A stretch of 54,778 nucleotides of DNA from a virus (taxonomy: Duplodnaviria; Caudoviricetes): positions 1 through 54,778 of the IMG/VR virus record IMGVR_UViG_3300032092_000040; one strand, 5' to 3'. Below are positions 50,783-54,778 of this stretch, one piece after another. The notes under the pieces are model-generated. The model saw only the letters and a list, made by a program, of their open reading frames with translations, made no database searches and had not been told where the DNA came from. How positions within the stretch are numbered: the stretch's first letter is position 1; each line of letters opens with the position of its first letter. The position numbers were made by a program, and so were the translations under genes.

Positions 50783-51700
50783 ATGCCAACAAATACAGAC
50801 CTAGCAGATGTAAACGAAATCTATGTGGGGTATCTACTCGCCGGTGGTAAGTGGTGGGACGAAGCAGCAAAGACACAGTTCAATCGCAAGTCCCGCCAGA
50901 TCGGAACAGAGAATACCTCCATACAGATGGAAAGGGCAAAAGTCATGATGGAAGAGTTCTTGAAGTGGGCAAAGAGCCACAAATATTCTGGTAAAGTGTC
51001 GCAAGTATGGTGGACGGCACGACCAGGAGATTTATCCCGTGCGGTGGGACAAGAAGTAGACTCTCGCAAGAATCCTACAGACATACTTGCGAAGTTTACC
51101 TCCGGACCAGCACAGGGATTTCTTGGACTATCTGCAAAGTCTACATCTGGTTCGGGTGACATTAGTTTCAAAAATCCAGGCATAGGAACTGTGGAAGCAT
51201 CACTGAAAATTGATTTGAATAGAGTGTTGAGCGAAAGTGTTAACTCTGCCATCCGCAAGTTCAAACTACCGGAATCCATAAAGGAACGAAAGGAAGCCAT
51301 ACGAAAGTCAGCACGGATTCAGGCACAGACTCAAGAGATGGGTTCGGCGGTTCTAAGAAAAATACGGGACATCATGTACGGCAAACTAAACTCCATGTCC
51401 AACACCAAACTCCGAGACTACATTATAGAAAATTGGCTTGATGCTTCCAACGACTTGTATCCGCCGTATGTGAAAGTGACTGGAATGGGTAAGATCGGAA
51501 TGATGACCGCGAAGGTGGAAGACCCCCTAAAGAACGAAAAACTATCTGCCATCATGAACGGTCGGATAACGCTACAAAAAATAGGCAACGATAGTATCGG
51601 TGTAAGCGCAGGGGGAAAGAATATACTGAAGATGCGCGCAAAGTTTGAGTCAGAAAAACTTGCATCTTCCATCAAGTTTTCTGGTGATTCATGGAACTGA
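50783..51700 (+). CDS. putative PD-(D/E)XK restriction-endonuclease-like nuclease
   Basis: ADVNE helix, NPTDIL, FLGLSAK (S-x-K variant); RBS GAGGAG; opposite strand to both neighbours. Confidence 0.55.
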   Translation: MPTNTDLADVNEIYVGYLLAGGKWWDEAAKTQFNRKSRQIGTENTSIQMERAKVMMEEFLKWAKSHKYSGKVSQVWWTARPGDLSRAVGQEVDSRKNPTDILAKFTSGPAQGFLGLSAKSTSGSGDISFKNPGIGTVEASLKIDLNRVLSESVNSAIRKFKLPESIKERKEAIRKSARIQAQTQEMGSAVLRKIRDIMYGKLNSMSNTKLRDYIIENWLDASNDLYPPYVKVTGMGKIGMMTAKVEDPLKNEKLSAIMNGRITLQKIGNDSIGVSAGGKNILKMRAKFESEKLASSIKFSGDSWN

Positions 51701-51714
51701 TCAACAAATGTTCA

Positions 51715-52179
51715 TTACTTCTTTCTACGAAGTTTTCTTTTTGGGGATCTTGAACTTTTACGGCTCTTTGGATTCTTTATTTGAATCTTGATTCTTTCTG
51801 GTTCTCCACCACCAGCGGTGATGAGTTTATCGCCTGTTCCGCGCATTATTTCTCGCGTCATCTGCTTACGAATCTGCGACACAGTCCCTGCCTTTGCATT
51901 GACGGGTGTCTTTGCATAAGCATGGCAAACTTTTCCTGCACATCTTGCGGCAAACTGCCCCACACGTTTGGCAAAATCAAGAACATTTTCATCAAGTTCT
52001 TTTGGACCACCAACGATCTCTGCGCTTGGTATAGTTGCAATCGCAGTCTTCTTTGCATCGGACTGATTCACTGCTTGAATCACAACCTTGCGTGGAGTTC
52101 TTCCCTTTTCTCCAGGAAGCCTATATCGAACAAGGTATGTCTTTTCATTTGATGATTTTGGTTCTTTCTTTTCTGCCAT
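51715..52179 (-). CDS. basic hypothetical protein
   Basis: RBS AGGA; Lys/Arg-rich; ELDE motif. Confidence 0.6.
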   Translation of the reverse strand: MAEKKEPKSSNEKTYLVRYRLPGEKGRTPRKVVIQAVNQSDAKKTAIATIPSAEIVGGPKELDENVLDFAKRVGQFAARCAGKVCHAYAKTPVNAKAGTVSQIRKQMTREIMRGTGDKLITAGGGEPERIKIQIKNPKSRKSSRSPKRKLRRKK

Positions 52180-52183
52180 ATGG

Positions 52184-52744
52184 TCATCCTAGCAATGGTC
52201 TATCACCATTGTTGAGTTTTGATAGGTCAATCTTTTGATTCGTTGCAGGGCGGAAGGAGTTGATGGTAGGCTCCGTTCTCTCTGGTTGTGCCATTGGCAT
52301 CCCTTGCGTTGGTTGGTTTCTGAATCTTTCTCTGCCGTTCAGAACACCCTCTAGAACTGAGCCACTCTTTGGTGCCTTCTGCTTGGGCTTTGGAGCGGTC
52401 GGCATTTCATTCACAACCTGTCTAGGCTGTGGTTCCTCTCGTCTTGCGGGATCATGTGTGCGTACTGAGATTGTTTCTCTTGGCACGTTGAACTTGCGCT
52501 CTATTGATTCTGAAAGTTTCTTGAAAGTAGTGTTCTCTGGTAGTTTCGATGCGCCAAGACGCTTGATATCGTCATTTGATGTAAACTTGTGTTTCATGGC
52601 TTCAAAGGTTTCCCTATCCTCAAAGATGTGCAATACAGAAGTGTTGTCTGTGTATAAAGTAAACAATGTATACTTCCCCGATAGATCGGGGTCATTGCTT
52701 TCCAAAAGAACGCGAGTGATGCTTGATGTTAAAGAGTCTGCCAT
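52184..52744 (-). CDS. hypothetical late protein
   Basis: RBS GGAGG and minus-strand TAAATA (52764-52769). Confidence 0.65.
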   Translation of the reverse strand: MADSLTSSITRVLLESNDPDLSGKYTLFTLYTDNTSVLHIFEDRETFEAMKHKFTSNDDIKRLGASKLPENTTFKKLSESIERKFNVPRETISVRTHDPARREEPQPRQVVNEMPTAPKPKQKAPKSGSVLEGVLNGRERFRNQPTQGMPMAQPERTEPTINSFRPATNQKIDLSKLNNGDRPLLG

Positions 52745-52770
52745 CTCAAATAAACCTCCGATTTATTTAT

Positions 52771-52804
52771 GAAACAACAAAGGAGAGGTTTCCCTCTCCC
52801 TTGT
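52771..52804 (-). terminator. intrinsic terminator
   Basis: GGAGAGG-TTTC-CCTCTCC stem; the A-rich left flank gives a U-tract on the minus strand. Confidence 0.7.
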
Positions 52805-52830
52805 GTGCATGCCACCTTGTAGCCTAAGGT

Positions 52831-53877
52831 TTATTCGTCGCTGAGAAGAAGTGCGAGTTCGTCTGAGATCTCGCCAGTCTCTGCGAAATCAGCAAGGATT
52901 TCTGCAAGACCGTCTTCGCCATAGAGTTCGATTCCCTCTTCAAGGATCTCGTCAAGGATATCCCAATCTTCGGACATGGTATCAATACCACCTCCTAGAG
53001 TTGGTTTAGGTGCTTTTGGAGCAGTGGTTCCAGAGCCAGGTCTACGATTTGAGAGTTGGTTTCCTCTAGAACGTACACCACCCTTAGAAGCACCAGTCGA
53101 TGCAGATGGTCCACTGTTTTGCATTCTGTTTAGTTGGTATGAGAGTGCTTCACCAGATGCCCATTTACTTTCGTTTAGTTCTTCAAGAATATCCAATGCC
53201 TCTTGAACGTCAGCAACAGAAACTGTTGCTGGTCTTTTTGCTGCTGGCTTGGAAGATGATGAAGCAGATGAAGTTCTATTAGATGCTGATGACTTTCTGC
53301 TACGCATTTTATCCTTGCCGCTTGTTGATGCTGAAGGACCATCATATGACATTTGGCTAAGAATACGGGCAAGGTCTTCTGCATTCTTTGCCCCAAAGAC
53401 ACCCGATCCACCCCAAGAATTATCGTTTGATGAGGTTGAACGCTGTGCTGCTACAGAAGACGAAGACTTCTTAGCACCACCAGTTGATTGTGCAAAAGAG
53501 CCAGCCCTTGAACCACTAACAACACCAGCAGCGTCAGTAGCAAATGGAAGCGTAGACTTCTTTACACCAGCAGGAGTTGATCTTTGTGTAAAGTTTGCTG
53601 CCTTTCTTACTGATGCAACGCCAGCACCGTCAGCGACGCTAGGGGTTGGAGATGATTTTCCTTGCTGTGATGCGAGAAATGCTGCAAGTTCAGATGCATT
53701 CATTGCACCACCGATAGATGGATCTCCCCATTGAACTTGACCAGTTCGTGTGTTTGAAGTTGCTGCTGCTCTACCCCCACGAATTCGTGAAACACCACCC
53801 TTTGATGATGGTGCCGTGGAAGTTGCCTCTTGAATTGATTCAATGAGTGATGAGTATCCTTTGCGATTGATTGCCAT
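52831..53877 (-). CDS. low-complexity Ser/Gly/Ala-rich protein, possible internal head protein
   Basis: Disordered basic tracts separated by acidic L/I-x-E segments; minus-strand TAAATA at 53951-53956. Confidence 0.6.
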   Translation of the reverse strand: MAINRKGYSSLIESIQEATSTAPSSKGGVSRIRGGRAAATSNTRTGQVQWGDPSIGGAMNASELAAFLASQQGKSSPTPSVADGAGVASVRKAANFTQRSTPAGVKKSTLPFATDAAGVVSGSRAGSFAQSTGGAKKSSSSVAAQRSTSSNDNSWGGSGVFGAKNAEDLARILSQMSYDGPSASTSGKDKMRSRKSSASNRTSSASSSSKPAAKRPATVSVADVQEALDILEELNESKWASGEALSYQLNRMQNSGPSASTGASKGGVRSRGNQLSNRRPGSGTTAPKAPKPTLGGGIDTMSEDWDILDEILEEGIELYGEDGLAEILADFAETGEISDELALLLSDE

Positions 53878-54083
53878 TGTTCTTACCTTTCGTAGTTTCG
53901 AAACTGTGTGAATGTGCTGATAGGTTCTAGAATATCAACACTTGTTTGAATATTTAGCATTTCTTAAAGTGCAACCCTCAAGGTTCTTCTTTCGGTTCAG
54001 TGTCTTGATGAACAACTGATGCTTGAGGTCACGGATTCTTGGTCTTGCTGGTGTCTTCACTTTTGCCATGATATAGTCTCCTT

Positions 54084-54778
54084 TTACTTGTATGTCTTGA
54101 GTTTACCAGTTCTCTTGAGATAGTTATAGCGTGGACGCATACCCTCTTGGTTGTTCTGTCCGAAGTCACCGCTACGAGCGCGGTTGCTGAATTCAGCCTG
54201 AGCCTGTTGACGCTTTCTCTTTTCAGGACCAGGTGCATTGAATACTTCTGCTCCTGCGGCTCTGCCACGGAACTTTCTAAATGCACGGTCGCGCTGATTG
54301 GCAAGTTGTCCTGCCTTCTGAGTGTACTTGCCACTCTTGCCAATGCGACTTCCACCAGCCCTGATTGCATCAGCAGATGCTCCACCACGTCTAGCCATGT
54401 TTGCGGCAACCTTGGCTTCTAGTTCTGCTGTTGCTCTTACGACTTTTGGATTCCTTGTGTTGTATGCCTTCTTCTTGAGACGCATCAACTTCTTGTAACC
54501 AGCCTCATCCAACTGCTCGGCTTCAGCAAGACCCTTTGCCTTCATAGCAGAGTGCTTGAGTCTTGCTCTTCCAAGAACTGCTGATGTTGCTCCACCAAAC
54601 TTTTCCTTGTCCTTGTAGAACTTCTTCTTGAAGGAACGCTGCATGAAGTCTGCGACTTCGCCTTTGATGGGCTTCCCCGAAACATTGTGCTTGCGAATGA
54701 TTCGCATACGCTTTGCACTGACTCCCTCTGCGAGGTCGAGTTCGGCTTCCTCATTCACACCCAACTCCTTCTCCTTCT
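54084..54778 (-). CDS. basic protein, possible internal head protein (5' end outside the window)
   Basis: Frame open to the window edge; VNE, LAE and LDE motifs each followed by Lys/Arg-rich blocks. Confidence 0.55.
   Translation of the reverse strand, partial: KEKELGVNEEAELDLAEGVSAKRMRIIRKHNVSGKPIKGEVADFMQRSFKKKFYKDKEKFGGATSAVLGRARLKHSAMKAKGLAEAEQLDEAGYKKLMRLKKKAYNTRNPKVVRATAELEAKVAANMARRGGASADAIRAGGSRIGKSGKYTQKAGQLANQRDRAFRKFRGRAAGAEVFNAPGPEKRKRQQAQAEFSNRARSGDFGQNNQEGMRPRYNYLKRTGKLKTYK

Overview
A 54.8-kb segment of a large T4-like (myovirus) phage genome. The core replication and late-transcription genes are recognisable: gp43 polymerase, uvsX, gp41 helicase, gp61 primase, thyX, class II nrdJ, gp33, gp32, a PD-(D/E)XK exonuclease, a RuvC-like resolvase and a gp68-like protein. 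Accessory blocks interrupt this core: (i) a nine-gene, AT-richer glycan synthesis/methylation island between uvsX and gp41; (ii) collagen-like and lectin-like fibre genes; (iii) a secreted protein with a PEP-CTERM-like PAPG-TM-RRRR sorting tail, which suggests a Planctomycetota (Phycisphaerae-like) host; (iv) three tandem giant beta-helix-like proteins with a near-identical, mosaic ~480-aa C-terminal module. That module looks like the C-terminal half of a DNRLRE-like domain whose N-terminal half is encoded by a separate small upstream gene, and this possible split-domain adapter/payload system is the best candidate for a new system. Also seen: a candidate structured ncRNA after gp32, apparently leaderless sigma70-type promoters with 15-16 bp spacers, TAAATA/TATACATA late promoters, a possible spanin-like lipoprotein with C-terminal TM helices, a restriction-endonuclease-like gene, and apparent avoidance of AGCT and GGCC. 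All calls come from motif reading by eye; no searches were run.
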